Source of the DNA: Proteromonas lacertae
Lineage: Eukaryota
NCBI GenBank assembly: GCA_002245135.1
Contig: NGBS01000919.1
Location: 1 to 49,208 of the forward strand
Direction: 5' to 3'
Length of the DNA stretch: 49,208 nucleotides
Below are positions 11,637 through 22,863 of this stretch, in pieces. The notes below the pieces were generated by a model. That model made no database searches and had not been told where the DNA came from. It was given only the letters and a program-made list of their open reading frames with translations. A program made the translations under genes and the position numbers. Numbering within the stretch: the first letter of the stretch is position 1; each line of letters opens with the position of its first letter.

Positions 11637-11810
11637 ATATTATTTAAACAGCAAAAAGAAGAAAAGAGAAAGATAAATTGATATCAAAAAACACAAACAA
11701 ATATATCTAGTTATATATATAAAATTACAACATTAAAACTTTAAGTTATATAAAGCTATCTCTTATTTCTGTTTGAATTTGGTTATAAACATAGAATAAT
11801 ACTTCTATAT

Positions 11811-13949
11811 CTATTTATCAGGAATAGATGTACCACTTTTTTCATAGGAAAATCCAGCAAAAGCATCTTCATCAATTTCACTCATAGAAATCTCAGAATG
11901 AATGCTACTATCAGTACCTATGCTTTTATCAGTATAAGTATTATCAAAATTACTAGTATCCATTAAACTACGTATTTGTGGAACAAAAGGAGGTACATAA
12001 GACTTATTAAACACTTCATTCCAATCAACTTTATATTTCTTAAATAATTTATCATTTTTCACATCATCTTCACCACTATTTCCACTACCCAATCTACAAT
12101 TCACATCTTTAGTTAATAAACCTCGAATAAATTCTTTGCTTCTCTACTCATAATGCTATTTTCAGGAAATACAACATCTGCTTTTAATATATTATTAAAT
12201 AAGACATTATTATTCATATTATTATTTCCACAATAAAATGGTGGAACACCCACTATCATTTGATACATTAAGCATCCTAAACTCCACCAATCAACTTCAA
12301 CAGAATATCCCTTTGATTTTTGATTAATTATTTCTGGTGCTAAATAATTCGCACTACCACAAAATGTACTTGCTTTAACCATATTTTCATTTATATCTTT
12401 TCCTATCTTTGCTAATCCAAAATCAGCTAATCTTATATGTCCATTTTTATCCAGTAATACATTCTCTGGTTTTAAATCTCTATATATAATATCTGCATTA
12501 TGTAGAGCACATAAAGCTAAGATTATTTCGCATATATAAAACATACTATCTTCTTCACTAAATTGCTTCTTTGTTCCTAAACGATGAAATAAATCACCTC
12601 CTCCACAATAATCCATTACAAAATACAATTTTAAATCAGATTGAAAGGCATAATATAATTGTACAATAAATGGATGTTTAATTTGTTCTAATATCTTTCT
12701 TTCGGATAATGTATGATCGATTTGTGTTTTATTACTAACCATATGTTTATTAATGATCTTCATAGCGTATATTTGTGAATTATCTATTTTCCTAACCAAC
12801 ATTACTTTACCAAAAGCTCCTTGTCCTATCATTCTAATTAATGTAAAATCACTTATCCCTATTTTATGGTTTAAATTGGATGAAGATGAATTATAACTTC
12901 CTCTAGATCCATTTATATTATTATTATTATTATTATTACTTGATCGTAAATCACTTTTATTACATATCATTAATATTCTACTTTCTATATAACTACGTGA
13001 ATCATTAGATGAATCAATATGACTATCATGTGAATGGATTACTAAGTAGCCCCATTCTCTATCAGGTATATGTAATTCAAAACATGATTTATAACGATTA
13101 CAGGTATGATAATGAAAATGGCAATTTCCACAAAATAAACAATTACGAGTTAATACAAACTGGTTTGAATTATTTAGATTTGTATTGGATTGTGTTATTT
13201 TTATATTCTCTATAATGTGCTTGTGACAGATAACTGGTGATCGATCATAGTCTTTTATTATTGCGTTGTCTAAGGGGATTTTACCTTTAGGGATTATATC
13301 ATGAGGAGTGTAATAATACACTAATTCACCATCATCGTTGATTTCAAACCAACGCTTTTTTATTACGTTGGTTAATTTACCACGTTTTGTATAACAGTAT
13401 CTTCCATCAATGGGAGATTCTGAATGTTGCAAAATTGGATAATTTTCATCGTAATCACTTACATTTTCTTCTACTGGATATAGACTGTCTTTGCCACGGC
13501 TTGAATGAAGTAGAGAACGTGAAGATTTTGAACAGGATGCAATCTCTAAAGATTCAATTACTTGTTGGATTGTATCATCTGATTCTGTGTGTAAATGGAG
13601 GATAATTTTATCTTCTTTATCAGGGACTGATAATAATAAACAAGGAGAACAGAAATTGTATTGATCTACGTGAACTCCTTTTAAAGACATAAAACCAACC
13701 GGTTCTTTATCATACTGATGTTTATAATAAGGCAATGAACCTGAACAAAGTATAACTTTTTAAATATACCTTCTTTGGGCATAGAAAACCATCTCAAAAT
13801 AACTTTTTGAAAAATATTCTTCTTTTTTGTCATCGGCCATCTTGTTTGGGATAAATCAATTTCATTTAAATTCATATTGTTATTCTCATTAATCAACAAG
13901 CTGTAATAAAGAAGTAAGAATACAAATATATGTTCAGTGATTTGACCAT
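11811..13949 (-). CDS. AGC-family Ser/Thr kinase (Akt/SGK/S6K-like) with two PH domains
   Basis: GQGAFGKV, YRDLKPEN, DFG, TFCGSANYLAPE, C-terminal PPFVP and FAGFSY hydrophobic motif; PH-like KKRWFEI. Single-base frameshifts near 12128 and ~13735. Start codon tentative. Confidence 0.85.
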
Positions 13950-14029
13950 TTATTATACATCAAAGAAATGAATTGAGATTACTAAACTTACTATTTTTTT
14001 AAGTTTTGAAATTTCTTGCTCTGTAAACC

Positions 14030-14333
<304 letters not shown>

Positions 14334-14374
14334 TTTAAGATAATTTAGATAAATATTTCTATTTTTGAGTATGT

Positions 14375-14610
14375 GTATATCTGGATTAGCATTACATAAT
14401 CATTTTCATTAATATAATCCAATATCAGCGAGTTTAAACTCTATTACTAACAAAGAATTAGTAATTGATATTAGGAGACTTTTATAGCTTTTGAAATTCA
14501 TCAAAAGTGTTTGTATTTGAAACAAATAAACATAATAAAATCACAGTTAGGGTTAAATCCTTTCATTAAAGAAAGGAAACGAACCAAAAAATGGTAAAAA
14601 GCCTGAATTG
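14375..14610 (-). ncRNA. Structured non-coding RNA, candidate telomerase RNA
   Basis: Minus strand carries UAACCCUAAC (plus GTTAGGGTTA 14546-14555), preceded by a 7-bp hairpin (14558-14577) and followed by two multibranch stem-loop domains. Boundaries approximate. Confidence 0.5.
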
Positions 14611-14775
14611 TTATAAAGTATTTGAAGATATATGTAGAATTATTTATTTGATTATATTTATGGGTTATGAAAAAAACTTTCTTTCATATACATTTTATTG
14701 TATTATAATATGTGATTGCTTCATTAATAAAGCATATTCACTTAAATAACATAGTTATAGGAAAAAAAATAAACA

Positions 14776-15267
14776 TTAATTATCACTACTAGTTTTTCTT
14801 TCTTTTAATACGACTATTAAATAATCACCTTTGTGAAATTTAAGTGAATCCAATGTCTCATCATCATATTTCCCTTTTCTAGTACTATAAACTACACCTA
14901 AATCTGTTATTTTATTATAACCACTTCTGGATGGATAAACAGTGGAATAATTAAATGATGTATTACTGCTTCTAGCTGTTTCGTTCACTTCTTTTATTAA
15001 GTTTGTTAATTCTCTTAAAGTAGCATCACTCCTATAATGAATTTAAACAATTTTGATTATATTATCTATACCATGTATATAATTGAATTTCACCTTCTGG
15101 TGTATTTCCATACACTTTAAAGTCATCATATCTATTGTTATGATAAATTAAAATGCATACTTGTAATCTTCATTAATTATTAAGAATGTTCGAATCAAAA
15201 ATGGACATGTCTATTCACTGTTACATCATAATCATACTTTTTCTCTATCAACTCTTCTATATGGCAT
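14776..15267 (-). CDS. SAP18: Histone deacetylase complex subunit SAP18 (4 exons)
   Basis: Spliced MPYRRVDREK|TCPFLIRTF...EIQLYTW|SDATLRELTNLIKEV...DDETLDSLKFHKGDYL matches SAP18 hallmarks. Confidence 0.9.
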
Positions 15268-15394
15268 TGTAACAATGTGAATATATTGTAAACTGTATTA
15301 TTTGTTCTATAAAAAGTCTGGATTAGAGAATAAAATGAAAAATATAATCTGATTTGATTATTCAAACTCAAGGCTTGAAGATCTTTAGTTTTTA

Positions 15395-16636
15395 ATGAAA
15401 TCCATTTTTTTGTGTCTATTGATAGGTATATTTTAAAATATAATATACTAGTTGGCACTATCCTCTGTGCTGCTGAGAAAACCAAATTCACTGGTTTGAT
15501 AGCTGCTACTTATAGTCCATTTCGTTATGATGTATTTATTTAATCAAAATATTAATACATAGAATCAAGAGTTGAATTTGACTGCAGTTCCATTACAAGC
15601 TGATTATTTAGTAAAGACAGGAGTAAAAGCAGTATTTGTAGGAGGAACAACAGGTGAAAGTTTAATAATGTCAATGGCAGAAAGAAAAGAATTGGCAAAG
15701 AAATGGGTTGAAGTAGGTAAAGAAAAGGGTATTAAAGTTATAATTCACGTTGGAGCTGAAAGTATCAGAGAAGCTAAAGAATTTTCAGCATATTGTGAAA
15801 GTATTGGTGTTGATGGAATAGGTGCTATGTCAACAGTATTCTTCAAACCAAATACAGCTGATAATTTGGTAAAACAAATGAAAGAAATCGCCAGTGGTGC
15901 TCCCAATACACCATTTTTATATTACCACTTACCAGCCTTGACTGGCTGCAAGGTAGGTATGCCAGACTTTTTGAAGTTAGCAATTAATGAAATTCCAACA
16001 TTTGCAGGTATTAAATTCACAGATGTAATCTTAAACGATGTAACTGAAATGCAAAGTATGTTAAAGAATATGGGTAAATCTGATTCAATAAGTTTATTAT
16101 ATGGTGTAGATGAATCATTTGATGTATCTGTATTTATGAGAATGGATGGTGGTGTTGGTTCAACTTATAATTATGCTGGACAGATATACAACAACATAAT
16201 GGAAGCTTATAAAGCTGGAGATCATAAGAGTGTAAGATTATATCAATACAGAAGTGAATTGTTTGTAAGAATCTTTGCAAAATATAATGTCAATAATATG
16301 GATGCTCATAAGTTATTGAATACTTGGACAACTGGTGTAGATGTTGGTCCTCCAAGATTGCCATACTTAATGGTAACAGAAGAATTACAAAAACAATTTA
16401 GAGCTGATTTAGAGAAGGCTAAATATTTTGAATGGGTAAATGAAAAATATGAATCAAAAGATAAAAGTACAAACAGTTGGATAATAGGAGGTATTATTAC
16501 TGGTGCTTTGGTATTGATTATTATTATTATTGGATTGTACTATTTGTTCAGAATGTTGATTTCTAAGAATGTAATGAAGGAAGAACCTACTGCTGGTGAT
16601 TCTACTACTAATGCTCCATTATTAAATCAACAGTAG
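15395..16636 (+). CDS. N-acetylneuraminate lyase (DHDPS/NAL family) with signal peptide and C-terminal transmembrane helix (3 exons)
   Basis: Spliced start MKSIFLCLLI|VGTILCAAEKTKFTGLIAATYSPF; GGTTGE, YYHLPALTG, GIKFT (Schiff-base Lys), GVDE, GGVGSTYN; TM WIIGGIITGALVLIIIIIGLYYLF. Confidence 0.88.
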
Positions 16637-17041
16637 AAAAAAGTAATGTGATAATAATAATAATTCATTGTTTACTTTTCTATTGTTGGTGAAATATGAA
16701 AATAATCTGATTTGTACGATTGATGTTATTCATTTTATTATTTAAATGGATTATTATTTTCAAAAATATACTATTATTAGTGTATAGAACATTAACAAAG
16801 TGTGTAAACTTAAGAAGTCACTTCTGTTATATGTAATATTATTTAGAATATTTTATTCAACTCAGTTAAAAACCTTGATGATGGTAGCTTTCTAGTAACA
16901 TGTCTGTATGCTTCAAAAACCACACTGTAAAGTTCGAATTTCATCAAACCTCAATTTTGGATTTTTTCTTATTTTTCTCGTTTAGGTGTATAATATAGGT
17001 TATATAAATATATAGTATTATTGAATGCAGCTTAAGTAAAA

Positions 17042-19795
17042 ATGCCAACACTGAGTGTAGCTTATGGAGTGGATTTAGGAACAACTTTCTCTGCTGCTTG
17101 TTTTATTGGAGCTGATAGTGTTGAACATATGATTAATCCAAACTCTGGAGCTATTAATACTATTCCTTCTTGTGTTTGTTATTTTGATAAATTAGATAAT
17201 GCCGCTGTAGGTACCGCTGCTGAATTAAAGGCTAAATCAACTCACAGTACATTAATTTATGATTCAAAAAGGTTAATTGGCAAATATTATAGTGATATTA
17301 TACCAGAAGAAATAGATAGTTTCCCATTTGAATGTATTGAAGATGATAAACTTGTGAAGTATAGTATAACTATTGAAGGAAAAAAGACAATAATATCACC
17401 AATAACAATATCATCAGAGATTCTAAAACATATTAACAAAATATCTTTATCTCAAATAACTTATAATAATGTAATAGTAGATGATATTCATGTTGTGATT
17501 GGTATTCCTGCTGTTTTTAAATACCATCAAAGAGAAGCAACCTATCAAGCAGCTAAAAAAGCTGGATTAAAAAACATAGAATTATTAACAGAACCATCAG
17601 CTGCTGCTTTAGCTTATATTCAATCTAACCATGATCAAATCATAAATAAAAATGATTGTAATATTTTAGTATATGATTTTGGAGGTGGAACATTTGATGT
17701 ATCAATAATTAATTTAAAAGATAAAGAAATAAGTGTAAAAGTAACTCATGGAGATGATCATTTAGGAGGTCAAGATATAACTCGAAGATTGGAAGAATAT
17801 ATAAAGAAAGATATTAAAAAGGTAATGAATATAGATATATCAAAGAATGAAAAATTGAAACTTAAAATTCATAATGCATGTGATGAAGCAAAGAAAAACT
17901 TATCATCAGCAGAAGATGCAGAAGTATACATGGAGCTTTCAGGTAAAGAATATTCAAAAACAATAACAAGATCAACTTTAACTAATTTATGTAAGGATTT
18001 GTTTCAAAGAACTGTAGATGTAGTAAATCAAACATTGAATTTAGGTAAAATGACAGCTAAAGATATTGATTATATAGTATTAGTTGGAGGTTCAAGTAGA
18101 TTACCTCAAGTAAAAGAATATATTAATAACAATTTTAAAGAAATTCCTATTAGTAAAAGTGTAAATCCTGATGAAGCTGTAGCTATAGGATGTGGAATAT
18201 ATGCAAATTATAAACTTAATGGGAAGTATCCATTCAAAATAATTGACTTTATTCCTCCTAATCCAATCTCCTTTGGTATAGATTTAGGAACAACATTTAG
18301 TTGTGGTGCTTTTTATAATTACTCATCCAGAAATTATGCTGTTATATCAAGTGGTCAATCATCTAATTCAATTCCTTCTCTTGTTGCATTTGATAAGAAT
18401 ACATCGCAAATAAAAGTAGGAGTTGCTGCAGTATCTTCTCCTTTGAATAAATTCTCAACAGTAGCTGAAGCAAAGAGGTATTTAAATATGAAATTTGCAT
18501 CAGTTAATGAAAATGACTTTAAATATAACAAATATAAATTGATAGAAGGAAAAGATGGGTTTTGTGAATATGAAGTTGAATATAACAAAACATCGAAGAG
18601 ATATACTCCAGTTGAAATATCTTCAATTATATTAAGACATATAAAAGAAATGGCACATCCTCAAATGATAGGAAGTGGAAATGTGGATAAAGAAGCATTT
18701 CCAGTAGTAATAACAGTTCCAGCAGATTTTAGTTTCAATCAAAGAAATGATACAATTCAAGCAGCCAAAAAAGCTGGTTTGAAAGTATTGCATTTAATTA
18801 ATGAACCAACAGCAGCTGCGTTTGCTTATATTTCAAATAATGAAATTAGAAAGAAGAACTGTAACATTTTGGTGTATGATTTTGGTGGTGGTACATTTGA
18901 TGTAACAATAATAAATCTGAATGGAAATATAATTAAAGTATTATCTACAGCTGGTAATAATCATTTAGGTGGTGTAGATGTAACTAATAGATTGTGCGAA
19001 TATCTAATTTCAAAAGTACAAGAAGCTATGGGAGGAGATGAATTAAATCAAACAAAAATTGCTAGAATAAGAAAAAGAGCTGATGAGATAAAAATTGAAC
19101 TTTCATCAACTCATAACAGTACATTTGATTATGACGATGAAGATGAAAATAGTGAAGATATTTCAAGAGAATTCTTAAACAAATTATGTGATGAAGACTT
19201 ATTCTCGAAAACAATCAAAAAAACAAAGCAGGCAATACAACTAGCATCTAATGCAATAGATGATGATATAGTAATTGATTATATAGTATTAGTTGGTGGA
19301 TCAAGTAAGATAAAAAGAATTGAAGAATTAATATCAAACAATTTCAGAGGAATTCCAATCTGTAAAAGTGTAAATCCTGATGAAGCAGTAGCAATTGGAG
19401 CAGCATTATATGCAAGAAATATTCAAGATGAGAAAATTAAACATTATAAAATAGTTGATGTTTTATCAAGAGCTTTAGGAATAGAAGCAAGAAGAACATT
19501 AGGTGGAAAAGTAATGACAGTTATTATTAAAAAATGTTCAGCCTTACCAGCATCTGGAAGTACTATTGTTAGCTGTAAAAGTGGAATGGCAACTGTAAAT
19601 ATTTTTGAAGGAGATGGTAAAACATCTGCATCTCAAGTGAAATTGGGTAGTGTAGAAGTTGAAGTAAGAGGTAGTAATGAAGTGGAAATATTTTTTGACG
19701 TTTCTGAAGACGGTATATTGACATTTAGAGCAGTTAGTAATGGAAGAGAAGTGAGAAGTGAATTTAAAATTAATAATTCTGTTTCTGAAAAGTAA
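17042..19795 (+). CDS. Atypical Hsp70-family protein with two tandem nucleotide-binding domains (paralog 1)
   Basis: Two full sets of G(V/I)DLGTT, EP(S/T)AAA, VYDFGGGTFDV, VLVGGSS and NPDEAVAIG, then a ~100 aa truncated substrate-binding beta domain. Intronless. Confidence 0.92.
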   Translation: MPTLSVAYGVDLGTTFSAACFIGADSVEHMINPNSGAINTIPSCVCYFDKLDNAAVGTAAELKAKSTHSTLIYDSKRLIGKYYSDIIPEEIDSFPFECIEDDKLVKYSITIEGKKTIISPITISSEILKHINKISLSQITYNNVIVDDIHVVIGIPAVFKYHQREATYQAAKKAGLKNIELLTEPSAAALAYIQSNHDQIINKNDCNILVYDFGGGTFDVSIINLKDKEISVKVTHGDDHLGGQDITRRLEEYIKKDIKKVMNIDISKNEKLKLKIHNACDEAKKNLSSAEDAEVYMELSGKEYSKTITRSTLTNLCKDLFQRTVDVVNQTLNLGKMTAKDIDYIVLVGGSSRLPQVKEYINNNFKEIPISKSVNPDEAVAIGCGIYANYKLNGKYPFKIIDFIPPNPISFGIDLGTTFSCGAFYNYSSRNYAVISSGQSSNSIPSLVAFDKNTSQIKVGVAAVSSPLNKFSTVAEAKRYLNMKFASVNENDFKYNKYKLIEGKDGFCEYEVEYNKTSKRYTPVEISSIILRHIKEMAHPQMIGSGNVDKEAFPVVITVPADFSFNQRNDTIQAAKKAGLKVLHLINEPTAAAFAYISNNEIRKKNCNILVYDFGGGTFDVTIINLNGNIIKVLSTAGNNHLGGVDVTNRLCEYLISKVQEAMGGDELNQTKIARIRKRADEIKIELSSTHNSTFDYDDEDENSEDISREFLNKLCDEDLFSKTIKKTKQAIQLASNAIDDDIVIDYIVLVGGSSKIKRIEELISNNFRGIPICKSVNPDEAVAIGAALYARNIQDEKIKHYKIVDVLSRALGIEARRTLGGKVMTVIIKKCSALPASGSTIVSCKSGMATVNIFEGDGKTSASQVKLGSVEVEVRGSNEVEIFFDVSEDGILTFRAVSNGREVRSEFKINNSVSEK

Positions 19796-20001
19796 ATCAA
19801 GTTATTAATGTTATTATATTTTATTGTATTAAATAGAAATTAAACATATACTCTCATAATCATTTCGTTTTATTCTAATGTAAATTTGTGGCTTGATTCT
19901 ACTGTCAAGCTTATTTTTTGTTTTTTTTTGTAATTTTCATTTTACAGTATAATATAGACATTATAATTATATAGATTATATAAATACGAATATAAGTAGT
20001 G

Positions 20002-22755
20002 ATGTCAAATACTAAAATATCATATGGAATAGATTTAGGAACAACTTTTTCAAGTGCATCATTTATTAATTCAGTTGGTAAATTGGAAATTATAAATCCA
20101 GGATCAGGTCAAAAGAATTCAATACCTTCTTGTGTTTATTATGATTTAAATATAAATGAGGTAAAAGTGGGAGAACCAGCAGTAAATTTATCTAATAACA
20201 ACCCATCTAATTTACTTTATGATTCTAAAAGATTTCATGGAAAGTATTACTCAGATATTAGTAAAAGTGAAATTAAAACATATCCGTTTGATTTGGTTGA
20301 AAAAGATCTTCTTCCATATTATGAAATCAGTGTCAATAATGAAGTAAAACATCTAAATTCAATACAAGTTTCAACAGAAATTATCAAACATATCAACAAA
20401 ATATCTTTACCTCACATTACTCATGAATATGAAAAATTGAGTGAAGATGATATTCATGTTGTTATTGGTATTCCTGCTGTTTTTAAATACCATCAAAGAG
20501 AAGCAACCTATCAAGCAGCTAAAAAAGCTGGATTAAAAAACATAGAATTATTAACAGAACCATCAGCTGCTGCTTTAGCTTATATTCAATCTAACCATGA
20601 TCAAATCATAAATAAAAATGATTGTAATATTTTAGTATATGATTTTGGAGGTGGAACATTTGATGTATCAATAATTAATTTAAAAGATAAAGAAATAAGT
20701 GTAAAAGTAACTCATGGAGATGATCATTTAGGAGGTCAAGATATAACTCGAAGATTGGAAGAATATATTACTACTCAAATATCAAAAAAGAAAAGAGTAG
20801 ATATATCTAAAAATAGAAAACTTAAACAAAGAATTCACAAAGTATGTGAAGAAGCAAAAATCATGTTATCAGTTTCTGAAAATTTTGATATTGCTATAGA
20901 ATTACCAGATGATGAAGAATATTCCGAAACAATAACAAGAGCAAGATTAACTAAATTATGTGAAGATTTATTTCAAAGAACAATTGATGTAGTAAATCAA
21001 ACATTGAATTTAGGTAAAATGACAGCTAAAGATATTGATTATATTGTATTAGTTGGTGGTTCAAGTAGATTACCTCAAGTTACAGATTATATAAGTAATA
21101 ATTTTACTGGAATTCCGATATGTAAAAGTGTAAATCCTGATGAAGCTGTTGCAATAGGATGTGGAATATATGCAAATTATAAACTTACAGAAGAAGGAGA
21201 AGGTCCATTCAAAATAATTGACTTTATTCCTCCTAATCCAATCTCCTTTGGTATAGATTTAGGAACAACATTTAGTTGTGGTGCTTTTTATAATTACTCA
21301 TCCAGAAATTATGCTGTTATATCAAGTGGTCAATCATCTAATTCAATTCCTTCTCTTGTAGCATTTGATAAAAAATCAGACAAAATGAAAATTGGTTATG
21401 GTGCTGCAAATTGTACAAATAAAAAATATTCATTTGCAGCTGATGCAAAGAGATATATTTGTAGAAATTTCAAAGGTGTTGATGAAATAGATTTTATGTT
21501 TGCGCCATATAAGTTAGTTGAAACTAAAGAAGGCGCTTGTCAATATGAAATAGAATATAATAAAGAAACAAAGTATTATTCACCAGTAAATATTTTATGT
21601 TTAATTCTGAAATATATTAAGGAAACAGCAATTCCACACATTCCAGAATCATCAAAAGAAAATCCAAACGATTTTCCTGTTATTCTCACTGTTCCAGCTG
21701 ATTTTAGTTTTTTACAGAGAGATAAAACAATGAAAGCAGCAAAAGAAGCTGGTTTAAAAGTAATTCATTTGATTAATGAACCAACAGCAGCTGCGATCGC
21801 GTATATTTCGAATAATGTAATAAAAAAAGATAATTGTAATATAATGGTGTATGATTTTGGAGGTGGAACTTTTGATGTTTCAATATTAAATGTTAGTGGA
21901 GATGATATAACTGTGTTAAGTACAGCAGGTAATAATCATTTAGGAGGTCAAGATGTAACAAATCGATTGTGTGAATATCTTGTGCCAAAAGTTCAGGAAT
22001 CTATAGGAAAAGAATTAGATGAGAAAATAGTGAAAAGAATTAGAAAAACTTCAGATAAACTAAAAATCAACTTATCTTCAACTATAACATTTAATTTTGA
22101 GATTGAAATAGATGATGAAAATGAATTTACAAGAGAAGTAAGCAGATCAGAATTGGAAGAAATTTGTCAAGATCTTTTCTATAAAACAATAAAGAAATGT
22201 AATGATGCAATAAAATTTGGAAAGATAGAAAAGATAGATTATATCGTATTAGTAGGTGGTTCAAGTAGAATTCCAGCTGTAGAAGAAATATTAAAGAAGA
22301 ATTTTAAAGATATTCCAATTTGTAAAAGCATAAATCCTGATGAAGCAGTAGCAATAGGAGCTGCATTATATGGAAGAACATTACAAGATGAAACAATAAA
22401 TCATTATAAAATAGTTGATGTATTATCAAGAGCAGTAGGAATTGGAACAAAACGAGCATTAGGAAGTCCAGCAATGACAGTAATAATAGAGAGATGTTCA
22501 AAATTACCAGCCAAAGGAAGTACAGTAGTTTCATCCAGAAGAGGTATTGCTGTTGTTAGTATTTTTGAAGGAGATGGAACTAGTGTAGCAAGTCAAATAG
22601 AGTTAGGTAAAGTTACAATAAAAGTAATGAATGATGCTTCTAATGTAGAAATATATTTTGATGTTAATGTTAATGGAATACTTAAAGTTACAGCCAAATG
22701 TAATGGTTCAGAAAGCAATGCCACAATTGATCTAGCTCATCCTAAATTGAAATAA
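20002..22755 (+). CDS. Atypical Hsp70-family protein with two tandem nucleotide-binding domains (paralog 2)
   Basis: Same architecture as 17042..19795; first ATG at 20002. Confidence 0.92.
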   Translation: MSNTKISYGIDLGTTFSSASFINSVGKLEIINPGSGQKNSIPSCVYYDLNINEVKVGEPAVNLSNNNPSNLLYDSKRFHGKYYSDISKSEIKTYPFDLVEKDLLPYYEISVNNEVKHLNSIQVSTEIIKHINKISLPHITHEYEKLSEDDIHVVIGIPAVFKYHQREATYQAAKKAGLKNIELLTEPSAAALAYIQSNHDQIINKNDCNILVYDFGGGTFDVSIINLKDKEISVKVTHGDDHLGGQDITRRLEEYITTQISKKKRVDISKNRKLKQRIHKVCEEAKIMLSVSENFDIAIELPDDEEYSETITRARLTKLCEDLFQRTIDVVNQTLNLGKMTAKDIDYIVLVGGSSRLPQVTDYISNNFTGIPICKSVNPDEAVAIGCGIYANYKLTEEGEGPFKIIDFIPPNPISFGIDLGTTFSCGAFYNYSSRNYAVISSGQSSNSIPSLVAFDKKSDKMKIGYGAANCTNKKYSFAADAKRYICRNFKGVDEIDFMFAPYKLVETKEGACQYEIEYNKETKYYSPVNILCLILKYIKETAIPHIPESSKENPNDFPVILTVPADFSFLQRDKTMKAAKEAGLKVIHLINEPTAAAIAYISNNVIKKDNCNIMVYDFGGGTFDVSILNVSGDDITVLSTAGNNHLGGQDVTNRLCEYLVPKVQESIGKELDEKIVKRIRKTSDKLKINLSSTITFNFEIEIDDENEFTREVSRSELEEICQDLFYKTIKKCNDAIKFGKIEKIDYIVLVGGSSRIPAVEEILKKNFKDIPICKSINPDEAVAIGAALYGRTLQDETINHYKIVDVLSRAVGIGTKRALGSPAMTVIIERCSKLPAKGSTVVSSRRGIAVVSIFEGDGTSVASQIELGKVTIKVMNDASNVEIYFDVNVNGILKVTAKCNGSESNATIDLAHPKLK

Positions 22756-22863
22756 TTCTTTGTTTTAATCAATTTACTTTTTTTTAATAAAACCAAAAAC
22801 CAAAAAACAATTTATATCCTCTCTCAAAAATTAAATTATTCTATTTCACTTCTAAAATTTTAT

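Noticed and set aside
11811..13949. AGC kinase as pseudogene or programmed frameshift
   Set aside because: Only isolated single-base indels in short runs with all catalytic motifs intact; sequencing error is more parsimonious.
14375..14610. RNase MRP/P RNA interpretation (AAAAGTCTCC and CAATTCAGGCT on the minus strand)
   Set aside because: The motifs are in the wrong order and no complementary P4 partner was found; the telomeric template fits better.
16870..16950. TGATGA...TCATCAA inverted repeat as snoRNA
   Set aside because: No CTGA D box; a short IR is expected by chance in AT-rich DNA.
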